A DNA stretch of 64,000 nucleotides from Minisyncoccota bacterium (GCA_028697455.1 JAQVEZ010000001.1:67902-131901); one strand, 5' to 3'; positions 37,984 to 48,999 are shown, counted from the stretch's first letter. Program-made: numbers and translations. Notes: a model not told the origin generated them from the letters alone.

Positions 37984-39777
37984 TTATTTTTTCATCATTT
38001 TTAAGAAAACGTCTTGACTTATATGGACTTTTCCAAGTTCTGCCATTTTTTTCTTTCCTTTCTTTTGTTTTTCTCTGAGTTTCATCTTTCTTGTGATATC
38101 TCCTCCATAGAGTTTTGCCGTAACATCTTTTTTCATGGCAGAAAGACGTTCAGAGGCAATGATTTTTCCATCAACACGAGCCTGGATTTTGAGGGCAAAC
38201 ATCTGCCGAGGTAAGATTTTTGCAAGTTTCTCAACGGTCGTTTTAGCTTCTTCTTGTTTTCGTCGTGAAGCAACAATTCGAGAAAATGCAGGAACGGGTT
38301 CATCAGCAATGAGGACATCCATACGAGTTACATCTGCCGTGTGCATCTCTTTGATCTCATAAGACACCGAAGCATAACCAGAAGAAACCGATTTGAGGTC
38401 ATCGAAGAAATTTCTCATGAGTTCTCGTAAGGGCATCTGTACAAGAAGCTGGGTTCTCCCATCTCCAAAGTTTGTTGTTTCTTTCGTTTCTCCTTCATGC
38501 TCATAGAGAAGCCCCATAACGTTTCCAAGATACTCTCCTGGGCTAATAATTTTCATCTCAACCCAAGGCTCCTCTATGAGGGCAACGTCCCCATGATCAG
38601 GAAACTGGGAGGCTGAATAGACCGTGATGATTTCTCCATCCTTTTTCATTACTTGGTAAGTAACACTTGGTGACGTTACCACGAGTTCAAGTTGAAACTC
38701 TCTTTTGAGTCGTTCTGAGATAATTTCAAGATGTAACATCCCTAAACACCCAATACGAAAACCTCTCCCTAGTGAACCAGAAACTTCCTCCTCAAAAGAA
38801 AGTGATGAATCTGAGAGTTGGAGTTTGCCTAGAGAAATTTTGAGAAGTTCAAAATCGTCAGCGGATTCTGGGTAGACTGACGCCCATACAACAGGAGAAG
38901 GGTTTTGATATCCTGGTAAGCCCTCAAGAGGGTCTTTGAGAAGAGTCAAAGTATCCCCCACCTGAGCAACTCGTGCTTCTTTAATCCCTGTGACAACATA
39001 ACCGATTTCTCCTGCTTTTAATACCCCGGTTTCTTCAGCTTTTGGTTTAAAAACCCCAACCTCAAGAGCAAAGAATTTTCTTCCTGAGGCACGGAAAAAA
39101 AGTTGGTCTCCTTTTTTTATTTCTCCGTCAAAAACTCTGACGTAAACAATAACTCCCTTGTGATCAGAATATTCAAAATCAAAGACAAGTGAACGCGAAC
39201 TTTTTGATTCTTCAATAATTTCTTTTGGAGCTGAAATTTGTTTTATTATTGTTTGTATAAGGTTCTCTACCCCTTCTCCTGTTTTTCCTGATACAAGAAG
39301 GATGTCATCTTCGTCAACGTCGAGAAGGTTGATAACTTCACTTTTTACCTCGTCAACTCGAGCTAAGGGAGAATCAATTTTTGAAAGCACTGGAATAATT
39401 TTTATTCCAGCTTCTTTTGCCATTTCTAGAGTAGTAAAGGTCTGAGCTTGGATTCCTTGGGTAGCGTCAATCAACAATAAGGACCCCTCAACCGCCTTGA
39501 GAGCTCTTGAAACTTCATATGAAAAATCAATATGTCCAGGAGTATCGATAAGGTTTAAAATAAAATCCTTTCCTTCGTATGGGTAGCGCATACGTACTGG
39601 TTGCATCTTGATAGTAATTCCACGCTCTTGCTCTAATTCCATTTTATCAAGTACCTGGCTTTTCATTTTTCGCTCAGGGATCGTTTTGGTTAATTCAATC
39701 ATACGATCAGCAAGTGTTGATTTTCCGTGATCGATGTGAGCAATGATTGAGAAATTTCGAATATGGGAGAGATTCAT
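37984..39777 (-). CDS. lepA: elongation factor 4 (translational GTPase LepA)
   Basis: IRNFSIIAHIDHGKSTLADR, DTPGHIDF, NKIDS, and the LepA-specific C-terminal domain. Confidence 0.95.
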   Translation of the reverse strand: MNLSHIRNFSIIAHIDHGKSTLADRMIELTKTIPERKMKSQVLDKMELEQERGITIKMQPVRMRYPYEGKDFILNLIDTPGHIDFSYEVSRALKAVEGSLLLIDATQGIQAQTFTTLEMAKEAGIKIIPVLSKIDSPLARVDEVKSEVINLLDVDEDDILLVSGKTGEGVENLIQTIIKQISAPKEIIEESKSSRSLVFDFEYSDHKGVIVYVRVFDGEIKKGDQLFFRASGRKFFALEVGVFKPKAEETGVLKAGEIGYVVTGIKEARVAQVGDTLTLLKDPLEGLPGYQNPSPVVWASVYPESADDFELLKISLGKLQLSDSSLSFEEEVSGSLGRGFRIGCLGMLHLEIISERLKREFQLELVVTSPSVTYQVMKKDGEIITVYSASQFPDHGDVALIEEPWVEMKIISPGEYLGNVMGLLYEHEGETKETTNFGDGRTQLLVQMPLRELMRNFFDDLKSVSSGYASVSYEIKEMHTADVTRMDVLIADEPVPAFSRIVASRRKQEEAKTTVEKLAKILPRQMFALKIQARVDGKIIASERLSAMKKDVTAKLYGGDITRKMKLREKQKKGKKKMAELGKVHISQDVFLKMMKK

Positions 39778-39853
39778 AGGGACATTTTAACAGAAGAATA
39801 TTTTTAAGAAAGAATTTATATAGCAAAAAATATCTTTACTTTATTTAGATATT

Positions 39854-40453
39854 ATGTATAATATAAAAACTATGAATTGGTTAGTAAACAAAGTAATTAT
39901 TTTAAGCCCATTGGCTCTTATTGTTATTATTCTTATCGCAGTAGCTATTGGATGGACCGTATATGCCTTACGTGGGTATCGGTACTGGCTTAATCGGTTT
40001 CAACGGTACCCTTATGGGATGACTCGAGCAAAAAGGCGGTCCCCACGAATAAGAAATCGATATTATTATCAAAACGTCGAATTTCCTCAGTACCCAGCTG
40101 TTCAAGTACCCTTGGCTCCTCAAAAAAGGGCTCCCCTTTCCTCAAAGAAAGCTCCATCTTTTAACAACGAAGGAACTCATTATCAAGGTCCAAGTGACGT
40201 ATCAAAAAAAGATGATCTTCAGGTTATCGAAGGAGTTGGTCCACGTATTGAAGAAGTTCTTAATAATAATGGAATCCATACCTGGAGAGAACTTTCTCAA
40301 ACCCCTGAAAAAGATCTGAAGCTTATCTTAGAAAAATCAGGGCTTGGAAGTCATGATCCAAAAACATGGCCCAAACAAGCTCACATGGCAGATAATGCTT
40401 ATTGGGATGAATTAAAAGAATATCAGGATATCCTCTTCGGAGGACGTGAATAA
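39854..40453 (+). CDS. membrane protein with a C-terminal helix-hairpin-helix-like domain (DUF4332-like)
   Basis: N-terminal TM helix, an R/Y-rich linker, and DDLQVIEGVGPRIEEVLNNNGIHTWRELS, an HhH-type motif. Confidence 0.45.
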   Translation: MYNIKTMNWLVNKVIILSPLALIVIILIAVAIGWTVYALRGYRYWLNRFQRYPYGMTRAKRRSPRIRNRYYYQNVEFPQYPAVQVPLAPQKRAPLSSKKAPSFNNEGTHYQGPSDVSKKDDLQVIEGVGPRIEEVLNNNGIHTWRELSQTPEKDLKLILEKSGLGSHDPKTWPKQAHMADNAYWDELKEYQDILFGGRE

Positions 40454-40455
40454 TA

Positions 40456-40482
40456 AAAACCCGTTAAGGGTTTTTATTATTA
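40456..40482. terminator. rho-independent terminator between convergent genes
   Basis: AAACCCGTTAAGGGTTT followed by TTATTATTATT. Confidence 0.5.
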
Positions 40483-42240
40483 TTATTCAGTGTCATCCTC
40501 TATGAATCCGTTTATCTGTGAATTCCACAGCTCTGCATAGTATCCATTTTTTTTCAAAAGTTCTTCGTGATTTCCTTCTTCGATGATAGCTCCCTTGTCC
40601 ATCACGATAATTCTATCCATTTTTTGAATAGTCGACAGCCGGTGAGCTATGACAACCGTAGTTCTTCCCTCCGAAAGCTTTTCAAAAGATTCTTGGATAT
40701 AAAATTCACTCTTAGAGTCAAGGGCAGAAGTTGCTTCGTCCATGATGAGAATTGGAGCTTCTTTCTTTAACATTGCTCGTGCAATACCTACACGTTGGCG
40801 CTGTCCCCCCGAAAGTTTGATACCTCGTTCTCCCACCATGGTTTCGTAACCATTCTCAAGGTTGTGAACAAACTCATCTACATAGGCAGCTCTTGCAGCT
40901 TCCATAACTTCATCCTGTGTTGCATTTAAGTTTCCATAATGAATATTGTCTAAAATACTTCTGTGGAACAAAATAGTATCTTGTGGAATATAAGCAATAT
41001 TTTTGCGCAAATCTTCTTGTGCAACCTTTGAAATATCTTGACCATCGATGGTTATGGATCCTTTATCGAGATCATATAAACGTAACAGAAGCTTTGTTAA
41101 ACTTGTTTTCCCAGAACCTGATTTTCCTACTACCCCAATACGTTCTCCTTCGGTAATTGAAAGGTTAAATTTTTCAAAAACGTGTTCACCGTCAGGATAT
41201 GAAAAAGAAACATTATCAAAATGGATAAAACCACGAGAGATGGTTATGGGCTCTGGTTTATCAACATCAAGGACATCAGGGACTCGTTCTATAATCTCAA
41301 TTGCCTCAACAGTATCTCCGATACTTGCAACAAGATTTCGGCTAATTCCTCCAAGTCTCCAAATCTGACTGTTTACTGAGTTTGCCATTGAAAAAACAAG
41401 TATCACTGCTCCAACAGAGAGAAGGTCTTGTTGAAATAAGGAGAGCGCATAAAAAGTAACTCCCAAGGTAAAGAGTGGTGCCAAAAGACTAATCCCTTGC
41501 TCATAGTTAATAGACGTTCGCCACACCCTTAAACTCATATTCGCTTCTTCAAGATTTTTATTGTGAAATCGTTCGAGATCATAAAATCTATTACCAAAAA
41601 ACATAATTGTTTGGATGTTGCTGATGATATCAGAGCTAACACCACGAAATTCAGAGCGCACTCTTGATTTTTGTTCGTGGAGTGGGGCAAGTTTTTTATT
41701 TGCCCAAAGAGTTAAAATTATATAGACAACCAAAAAGATAATAAAAGCAATTCCAATGTATACATGTTGGTTAAACAAAATAACGAGAGAGCCGATGATC
41801 CCAATAAACAGTGAGAATACTTGAAATAAAGCATTATCAAGAATTTGTACAAAATTCTTCCCTATGCGTGTTGATTTTTCTACAAGTGATCCCGTAAAAT
41901 TATTTACATAAAAATGATAATCATGTTTTGTAAAATCCTCAAAACTATCCTTTTGTATTCTTTTGTAAAGCTTAATTTCAAACCAAGAGAGTAAGTGCAT
42001 TGAAGCAAAGAGAAAAATTCTCCCAAGTATCCAAAGAAGGAGAATTATCATCAAGATCTTGTAGGCGCTTCCAATTTGAAGTTCTGTGAGGGCATTTGTT
42101 AGATCTTTAATATAAATAGGAGTGACAATATCTGTAATAGCAACCATCGCTCCAAAAAGAATAAAATTGCCAATGAAGGCAACTTTATATTCTCGAATAT
42201 ATTTCCAAAAATACTGAATGAGTTTTTTAAAATTTTTCAT
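40483..42240 (-). CDS. ABC exporter, fused permease/ATPase (MsbA-like)
   Basis: Six-TM domain followed by GKSGSGKTS (Walker A), LSGGQRQR (signature), ILIMDEATSALD (Walker B). Confidence 0.85.
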   Translation of the reverse strand: MKNFKKLIQYFWKYIREYKVAFIGNFILFGAMVAITDIVTPIYIKDLTNALTELQIGSAYKILMIILLLWILGRIFLFASMHLLSWFEIKLYKRIQKDSFEDFTKHDYHFYVNNFTGSLVEKSTRIGKNFVQILDNALFQVFSLFIGIIGSLVILFNQHVYIGIAFIIFLVVYIILTLWANKKLAPLHEQKSRVRSEFRGVSSDIISNIQTIMFFGNRFYDLERFHNKNLEEANMSLRVWRTSINYEQGISLLAPLFTLGVTFYALSLFQQDLLSVGAVILVFSMANSVNSQIWRLGGISRNLVASIGDTVEAIEIIERVPDVLDVDKPEPITISRGFIHFDNVSFSYPDGEHVFEKFNLSITEGERIGVVGKSGSGKTSLTKLLLRLYDLDKGSITIDGQDISKVAQEDLRKNIAYIPQDTILFHRSILDNIHYGNLNATQDEVMEAARAAYVDEFVHNLENGYETMVGERGIKLSGGQRQRVGIARAMLKKEAPILIMDEATSALDSKSEFYIQESFEKLSEGRTTVVIAHRLSTIQKMDRIIVMDKGAIIEEGNHEELLKKNGYYAELWNSQINGFIEDDTE

Positions 42241-42251
42241 AACTATAATAA

Positions 42252-43928
42252 CTAAATACCAGCGTCATCTTGATAGATAACCTTACGTTTCCAGAATTTT
42301 CTTTCAAGGGCCCCCAAGAAAGATAAAAATTCTTTGTTTTTTATAAAAATAAGGAAAAGTACCCCCATTAAAATTCCTATTATTCCTGTAAAAAAACCGT
42401 GAGCAAATACTCCAAGAGTTTTTGATGAATTAAAGAGGGCGTCAGTTAAATTTAAAACAAGATACGTAACTCCACCAATAATAAGGGAAGAAAGGAGAGA
42501 TTCTCTCAGAGTTTTTTTAATTCCGTAATTTTTAAAGAAAATAAAATCCTTCCTAAAAGACTTCCAGAGCCAATAAAGATTAATAAACATTCCAACCGAA
42601 AACGCAAGAGAGAGCATGACCACAGAAGATCCAGCGACCCCTTCTATTCTCAAAAGTTTTTCAATAAAAATTTGAAAAGGGGTAAGAGCGTTAAATATTC
42701 GAACAAAAATAAAAGCAAGAATAACCGTTATTACTGATGAACTAAGCGTAATCCAAAGAGGTTTCCAAGTTTTTCCTGAGGCATAATAGGCACGTATTAA
42801 AAGTAATATGATACTTTGTGCTGCAACAGAGAGGATAAAAAGAGCAAGAGATGCAGCAGTAAGTCGAGTATCTGCCCAAGTAAAATTTCCCGCTCCGAGG
42901 ATTACTCGAACAATTTGAGCTCGTAAAACAACAAAAAGCGTGATAATAGGAAGTGACCAAAAGATAATCTGTCTAATGGGAATCATCACATGGGAAATAA
43001 ATTTTTCGTAATTCTGGTTATTAAAAAAATCAACAAGAACAGGAAAGGCTGCAACAGAATAAGATACTCCAATAATTGATAGTGGAACCGATTGAAGATT
43101 ATAGGAGAGGTTAAAAATAGAAATTGCTCCAGAACTCACAAGCGATGCAAGTGATACAAAAACCAAAAAAACAATTTTAGACATTGATAGGGTCAGCGTC
43201 CGAGGGAGCGAATGATAAATAACTTCTTTGATATCTCCCCACGAAATAGTAAAAGAAAACTTTGGCAAAAGGTTTTGTTTGAGAACAACAGGGAGTTGAA
43301 TAAAGACATGAAGAAATGCTCCCAAAATAACCCCATACGCAAGTCCTGTGATGCCAAATAAGGGATAGAAAAAGAGAATCCCAACGATAATCCCAAGGTT
43401 ATAAAAAACAGGAGAAAGAGCATAAACAAAAAACTTTTTAAAGGATTGGGTAATCGTCGCAAAAAGATTTGATATTCCAAGAAGAAGTGGAGAAAGAAGC
43501 ATAATGCGTGATAAAAGGATTACTTCTTTCAAAGTCTCCCCATCGAAGCCAGGAAAAAGCTTTTCAGTGATAATAGGAAGGAGAACAAAAAGTATCGCTG
43601 ATGCAATAATAATAAAAACAAAGAAAATGGTAAAAATGTCATCCAAAAATTTCTTCCCTTCTTTGTAGGAATCATCAAGTTTCTTTTTGAGAAAAGGCAT
43701 CAAAATTGCAACAGAGATGAATGATGCTCCAAGAGTAAAAAGAAGATCAGGAATCCTAAAAGAAGCATAATAAATATCAAGAGCTTCTCCTGCCCCTATG
43801 TTTCCTGCGAGGAGTCGATCTCGAAAAATACCCAATATTTGAGAGAGAAAAGTAAAAATCCCCAAAACAATAGCTGCCTCAGAAATGATACTGAATTCTT
43901 TATTGAAAAGTCGTTTAATTTTTTCCAT
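42252..43928 (-). CDS. murJ: lipid II flippase MurJ/MviN
   Basis: Fourteen-TM MOP-family protein. The N-terminal LGIFRDRLLAGNIGAGEALDIYYASFRIPDL is the MurJ signature. Confidence 0.85.
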   Translation of the reverse strand: MEKIKRLFNKEFSIISEAAIVLGIFTFLSQILGIFRDRLLAGNIGAGEALDIYYASFRIPDLLFTLGASFISVAILMPFLKKKLDDSYKEGKKFLDDIFTIFFVFIIIASAILFVLLPIITEKLFPGFDGETLKEVILLSRIMLLSPLLLGISNLFATITQSFKKFFVYALSPVFYNLGIIVGILFFYPLFGITGLAYGVILGAFLHVFIQLPVVLKQNLLPKFSFTISWGDIKEVIYHSLPRTLTLSMSKIVFLVFVSLASLVSSGAISIFNLSYNLQSVPLSIIGVSYSVAAFPVLVDFFNNQNYEKFISHVMIPIRQIIFWSLPIITLFVVLRAQIVRVILGAGNFTWADTRLTAASLALFILSVAAQSIILLLIRAYYASGKTWKPLWITLSSSVITVILAFIFVRIFNALTPFQIFIEKLLRIEGVAGSSVVMLSLAFSVGMFINLYWLWKSFRKDFIFFKNYGIKKTLRESLLSSLIIGGVTYLVLNLTDALFNSSKTLGVFAHGFFTGIIGILMGVLFLIFIKNKEFLSFLGALERKFWKRKVIYQDDAGI

Positions 43929-43992
43929 AAAATCTGAGTACAGTTTACACGAGTTTTGTTATCTTATCAAAAAACTACCTCTTGGGCAGTTT

Positions 43993-44529
43993 TTAGTTAA
44001 AAAGAATGTACAAACTTTTAAAAAGATTATTGAATTGTGGAATTTTGAGAGTTTGTCCGCAAGGTTCAATTTTCTCACCTTCTTGTTGTACAAAAAGAAA
44101 TGCCTCTCCGTGCTGGATAATAACATCATCCAAAGTTATTTTTTCGGGATTAAAATATTCGAAGGTGGTACCTTCTTGAGAAGAGTCTGTGACAGAACAT
44201 CTTTCGGTATCTCCCTGCAAGAGTTGAGAGACTGAATAAATTCCGAGAGTAAAATAAGGACTCTCTTTTATGCTCTGCTCTGCTACTTTTTTAAGATTTT
44301 TTGAAAGAGAAGATTTCTGTGAGCTCTGTAATTTCTCTTCTTTCATAGAAAGGAATTGATTATTGGAATCAAGGTTTGAAAAAGAAGGTACAGAAAAATC
44401 TTGATTCAAAGTTCCATTTGAATCAAAGAGGGGCTCTTTGTCGTGTTTTTGTTCCCCACGACTTGAAAAAAATACAGCAACGAGAACACCAACAGCAATA
44501 ATAATAGTAATAATTTCTGACAATTTCAT
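43993..44529 (-). CDS. hypothetical membrane-anchored protein
   Basis: N-terminal TM helix and an S/Q/N-rich body, with no recognisable domain. Confidence 0.4.
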   Translation of the reverse strand: MKLSEIITIIIAVGVLVAVFFSSRGEQKHDKEPLFDSNGTLNQDFSVPSFSNLDSNNQFLSMKEEKLQSSQKSSLSKNLKKVAEQSIKESPYFTLGIYSVSQLLQGDTERCSVTDSSQEGTTFEYFNPEKITLDDVIIQHGEAFLFVQQEGEKIEPCGQTLKIPQFNNLFKSLYILFN

Positions 44530-44533
44530 AGTA

Positions 44534-47074
44534 CTAAATAACTATATTAAATATTTTATCCTCTTTGTAAATGATTTTCTTGATTTCTTTTCCTGAAACC
44601 CATTTTTTGACCTCGTCTTGTGTAAGTACAAGATCAGTAATTTCTTTTTCAGAAATTCCTTTTTTAACCTTAATAAAGGCACGATTCTTCCCATTGATTT
44701 GGATAGGGAGAGTTTTTTCATCGTCCGCAAGAAATCTTTCATTGTATTGCGGAAACGATGATTGGTGAATAGAGGTATCTTCAAAACTATTCCATAATTC
44801 TTCAGTAATATGCGGTGCTATTGGTGCTAATAGCTGCAAAAAGATCTTATACTCCCCTTCCCCTATTTTTTCAAGTTTTTCAGCTTGGTTTAATAAGGTC
44901 ATTAATTGTGAAATTGCTGTATTGAATTTAAGTCTTTCAAGGTCTTCGGAAACTTTTTTAATTGTTTGATGAAGAGATTTAACGAAGAGTTCTTCTGATG
45001 GTTCCTTTGAAACTTTTTCTCTAAGTCTCCACACCCGTTCAAGAAATCGTTTGACCCCAACAACGCCATTTGGATCCCAGGGGTAATTTCCAGGCTCATT
45101 AAAAGGACCAATGAAGGCAAGATACATTCGAACGGCGTCTGCACCGACAAAAGACACAACTTCATCTGGGTCGATAACGTTTCCTTTTGATTTTGACATT
45201 TTTTGCCCGTCAGGGCCGAGGATAAGTCCGCGATTAGAGCGACCTTCATAAGCTTCAGAATGAGGAACGAGTCCTAGGGAGTGAAGTGCTTTTACCCAAA
45301 ATCGTGAGTAGAGTAAGTGCATGGTAGTGTGTTCTGAACCTCCAAAGTACAGAGATATTGGCATCCATTGCTTTATAAAATCTTCTTTTGCAAAGATATC
45401 TTGGTTTTTATTATCAAGGTAACGATAAAAATACCACGATGAATCAACAAAAGTATCCATAGTATCAACTTCTGGAGTCCAGCCTTTCCCAAAAATATTT
45501 TCTGTTCGTTCTCGAAGCTCCTGCGAACGAGCAAGAGGCGCTGTTCCATCGGGAGTATAATCAACATCCGTTGGAAGTTGCCATGGTAAATGCTCAAGGG
45601 GAATGGAGTGAGGGAGTCCTTCGGGATCATACACAATAGGGATAGGCGTTCCCCAGTATCGCTGTCTTGACACTCCCCAATCTCGTAATCGATATGTTTT
45701 CGTAAGAGTTCCTCCTACTGCTTTGGTAATTTTTACTCGTGCCTCCTCTGAACTCAGTCCATTAAATTCACCTGAATGAATAAGTCGCCCTTCAAAAGAA
45801 CATGCGACTCTCTTCCCTTTTGGAAGAAGTCCGTCCTTATCGTGTTCAATAATATCGTAAAAAGCATGCCACTCGGCATTTATTTGTTTTTGACCTTTTT
45901 CTTCATGAGCTCCTGCTTCTAAAATAGAGACATTTTCTCCTGAGGTTATAAGGGGGCGTGAATGACCTATTTCTCCCGCAGATGGAAGAATAACAAACTG
46001 AAAAGGGAGGTCGTGAGTAAGGGCAAATTCCGCATCTCTCTCATCATGAGCAGGAACAGCCATAACTGCTCCTGTTCCAAATCCTGCGAGTACATAGTCA
46101 GCAATCCATACTTCAATAGGTTTTTTTGTTGCAGGATTAATTGCAGTAATGCCTTCCAAGCGTACTCCGGTTTTTTCCTTTGTTTGCTGACGATCGCGCT
46201 CCGATTTTTTTGCAACGGATTGAACATAATTCTCAACTTCCGCCCAATTTGTAATCTGTTCTTTCCATTTTTGGATTTTTTTATGTTCAGGAGCGAGAAC
46301 AATATACGTCACACCAAACAAAGTATCAGCACGAGTTGTAAAGACTTCAAGATTCTCATTTTTTTGAATTTCAAAAGGAATAAGACTTCCCTCCTTACGT
46401 CCGATCCACTCTCGTTGAGCTTGTTTGATTGATTCGTCCCAATTAAGTTTCTCAAGATCATCAATTAAAGGATCTGCAAATTTGGTGATACGGAGCATCC
46501 ATTGAGCCATATCCTTTTGTATAACCTCACTACCGCAGCGTTCACATTTTCCAGCAATGACCTGTTCGTTTGCAAGAATTGTTTTACACTGTTCGCACCA
46601 ATTAACCTTGGTAATATCCCGATAGACAAGATCGTTTTCAAAAAACTGAGTAAACATCCATTGTGTCCAGCGATAAAACTCAGGTTCCGAGGTGATGATT
46701 TCTCGTGACCAATCAAAGCTCGCCCCCATACTCTTGAGCTGATTGCGCATATAATCAATGTTCCCGTACGTCCATTCTTTTGGGTCGAGCCCGCGTTTGA
46801 TTGCCGCATTCTCAGCAGGTAAACCAAAAGAATCAAAACCAATTGGATACAGAACGTTGTATCCTTGCATCCGTTTTAATCGTGCATAGATATCAGGCAT
46901 AGCAAAGGCATACCAATGCCCAACATGAAGATTCCCTGACGGATATGGGAACTCAGAAAGAAGATACATATTTTCTGCACCGTCTTTACTTTCTGGTGTT
47001 GTATAGATACCTTGTTTCTCCCATGTATCTTGCCATTTCTTTTCTATTTCTTTCGGATTATATTCGTGTGACAT
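44534..47074 (-). CDS. leuS: leucyl-tRNA synthetase
   Basis: PYPSGNLHVGHWYAFAMPD (HIGH motif), KMSKSKGN (KMSKS motif), and the editing domain. The start is set at MSHEYNPKEIEKKWQ. Confidence 0.95.
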   Translation of the reverse strand: MSHEYNPKEIEKKWQDTWEKQGIYTTPESKDGAENMYLLSEFPYPSGNLHVGHWYAFAMPDIYARLKRMQGYNVLYPIGFDSFGLPAENAAIKRGLDPKEWTYGNIDYMRNQLKSMGASFDWSREIITSEPEFYRWTQWMFTQFFENDLVYRDITKVNWCEQCKTILANEQVIAGKCERCGSEVIQKDMAQWMLRITKFADPLIDDLEKLNWDESIKQAQREWIGRKEGSLIPFEIQKNENLEVFTTRADTLFGVTYIVLAPEHKKIQKWKEQITNWAEVENYVQSVAKKSERDRQQTKEKTGVRLEGITAINPATKKPIEVWIADYVLAGFGTGAVMAVPAHDERDAEFALTHDLPFQFVILPSAGEIGHSRPLITSGENVSILEAGAHEEKGQKQINAEWHAFYDIIEHDKDGLLPKGKRVACSFEGRLIHSGEFNGLSSEEARVKITKAVGGTLTKTYRLRDWGVSRQRYWGTPIPIVYDPEGLPHSIPLEHLPWQLPTDVDYTPDGTAPLARSQELRERTENIFGKGWTPEVDTMDTFVDSSWYFYRYLDNKNQDIFAKEDFIKQWMPISLYFGGSEHTTMHLLYSRFWVKALHSLGLVPHSEAYEGRSNRGLILGPDGQKMSKSKGNVIDPDEVVSFVGADAVRMYLAFIGPFNEPGNYPWDPNGVVGVKRFLERVWRLREKVSKEPSEELFVKSLHQTIKKVSEDLERLKFNTAISQLMTLLNQAEKLEKIGEGEYKIFLQLLAPIAPHITEELWNSFEDTSIHQSSFPQYNERFLADDEKTLPIQINGKNRAFIKVKKGISEKEITDLVLTQDEVKKWVSGKEIKKIIYKEDKIFNIVI

Positions 47075-47160
47075 AGTTTTTATAGTACAATAAATAGAAA
47101 TTTTTTCAAAAAGAAAAGCCCACAAATGAGGGCTTTAATGTTCTTTGTTTTGTTCTTAAC

Positions 47161-47427
47161 TTATCTCCTAAGGAGAAACTTTGGAAAGCTTAATCCCAAA
47201 ATCGAGATGAGTGCTGCAATCTCACAAATAAGTAAGAATATTACAAAGAGATCCTTTTCTTCTTGTGTCTTAAGAGAAATTATCCCAAAAGAATAAGTCC
47301 CCAATAATGCAACAAAAACAAAAAGTGTAATCATAAGAGAGATAAACCAAAAATTTTTCATTTGTAGATGTATTTTGATATCAATAAAACAAATTATAGA
47401 TATTTTGTCAATACTTATATCTCTCAA
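47161..47427 (-). CDS. hypothetical small membrane protein
   Basis: Two hydrophobic helices. The start may be the internal MKNFWF. Confidence 0.3.
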   Translation of the reverse strand: MRDISIDKISIICFIDIKIHLQMKNFWFISLMITLFVFVALLGTYSFGIISLKTQEEKDLFVIFLLICEIAALISILGLSFPKFLLRR

Positions 47428-47459
47428 TAAATTTAAAAAAAATATGCTAAGCTTCTTTT

Positions 47460-48782
47460 ATGGATGATTCTATTACTCTCAAAATCTCCGCTATGAGCCC
47501 TTCTGGACACGGAATTGGAATTGCCTCTGATGGAATAAAGTACTACGTTCTGGGTGCATTTATTGGAGATATCCTTGAAGTTTCTCCTTACAAAAACTCA
47601 GAAGGAATTCATTATGCAGAAATTCTTAAATTACTCTCCCCTTCTTCAGACAGATCTTTTGTTCCAAAAAAAGCTCCTTTCTATAATCCCCATGCTCCAT
47701 GGAGATATCTAATAGATACAAAAGAAATGGAGTACAAACAAAACATCATTGAAAATCTTTTTATTGGAGGAAAACAAGACCAAGAAATATTCTCACCAGA
47801 GAAAACAACATATTATCGAAATAAATCAGCATTTGCTTTTGTTGAACAAAAAGGTCGGTTAGCGTTTGCATCTTTTCAGCGTGGAAAATCTGGAGGAAAA
47901 AAAATTCCACAATTGGAGAATATTTTAAATCACGAAGTAATAACGAACCTTGCTCAAAAATTTTTAACATTTTTTAATCAACACAAGATTCCAAAAGACG
48001 AGCTTAAATACCTTATCCTTCGTTATTCATATACGACACAAACTTGTGTTGCTCATATTCTCGTAAACAAGAATTCACGCAAAAAATTATCTTTCAAAAA
48101 ATCTGATCTTGAAAGATCGCTTAAACAAAACAAAGAAATATCTGGGATTCTTGTTTCTTTTTCACTCCCTGAAACGCGATCTACTACAACTGAAAAAGAT
48201 CTTTTTCAGATAGGGAATATTGATAGTAAAGAAATATTGTTGGGCAAAAATTATCACTATCACCCAAGCCAGTTTTTTCAAGTCTACCCAGCAGCTTTTG
48301 CAGAAATCCTCAAAGACATAGAAAACTATCTAAAGACCGTTCCAGAAATATCATCTTATGAACTTCTCGATCTCTTTTCTGGTGTTGGTGTTATCGGAAT
48401 TCATCTAGCTCACCTTGTTCAAAAGGTTATTTCAATTGAACACAGTCCTCTATCTCAGATTTACACGGAAAGAAATACAAAGGAAAATAACATACATAAT
48501 TTTGAATTTCATGAACTTGATGCAGAGCAGGCACTTTCTCATATAAAAAGAAAACAAATTCTCGTTGTTGATCCTCCTCGGAGCGGGTTGAGTAAAAAAC
48601 TTTGCAAAGAGATATTTGCAAAAAGCCCAGAATATTTTGTGTATATTTCTTGTAACCCGATAACCCAAGCGCGGGATTTGGCGATGATTACTTCATACCA
48701 AAAAGTTTTTTCTCGAGCATATAACCTCTTTCCTCAAACTCAACATATTGAACATCTTGTGATCCTCAAAAGAAAATCGTGA
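47460..48782 (+). CDS. RlmD/RumA (TrmA) family RNA (uracil-C5)-methyltransferase with TRAM domain
   Basis: N-terminal TRAM domain. SAM motifs LLDLFSGVGVIGIHLA, VVDPPRSGL and the catalytic FPQTQHIEH. The RumA Fe-S cysteines are absent. Confidence 0.85.
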   Translation: MDDSITLKISAMSPSGHGIGIASDGIKYYVLGAFIGDILEVSPYKNSEGIHYAEILKLLSPSSDRSFVPKKAPFYNPHAPWRYLIDTKEMEYKQNIIENLFIGGKQDQEIFSPEKTTYYRNKSAFAFVEQKGRLAFASFQRGKSGGKKIPQLENILNHEVITNLAQKFLTFFNQHKIPKDELKYLILRYSYTTQTCVAHILVNKNSRKKLSFKKSDLERSLKQNKEISGILVSFSLPETRSTTTEKDLFQIGNIDSKEILLGKNYHYHPSQFFQVYPAAFAEILKDIENYLKTVPEISSYELLDLFSGVGVIGIHLAHLVQKVISIEHSPLSQIYTERNTKENNIHNFEFHELDAEQALSHIKRKQILVVDPPRSGLSKKLCKEIFAKSPEYFVYISCNPITQARDLAMITSYQKVFSRAYNLFPQTQHIEHLVILKRKS

Positions 48783-48790
48783 TACAAGAA

Positions 48791-48828
48791 AAGCCCTAGT
48801 AACTCTTGAGAGTCCTTTAGGGCTTTTT
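48791..48828 (+). terminator. rho-independent terminator
   Basis: AGCCCTA ... TAGGGCT followed by TTTTTAAAAA, after the methyltransferase gene. Confidence 0.45.
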
Positions 48829-48999
48829 AAAAATCGTTTTGGGATCTAATCATAATCTGCCATAACCATAATGTATTTCTTGATACTATTTTAACAAAAA
48901 TATAAAAAGAAACAAAGACTTGAAACAAAACAAGAAAGAACATAATAAAAGCCCAGGCAAAACTCATACGAATTTTCCTGGGCATTTCCCGTAATAACT

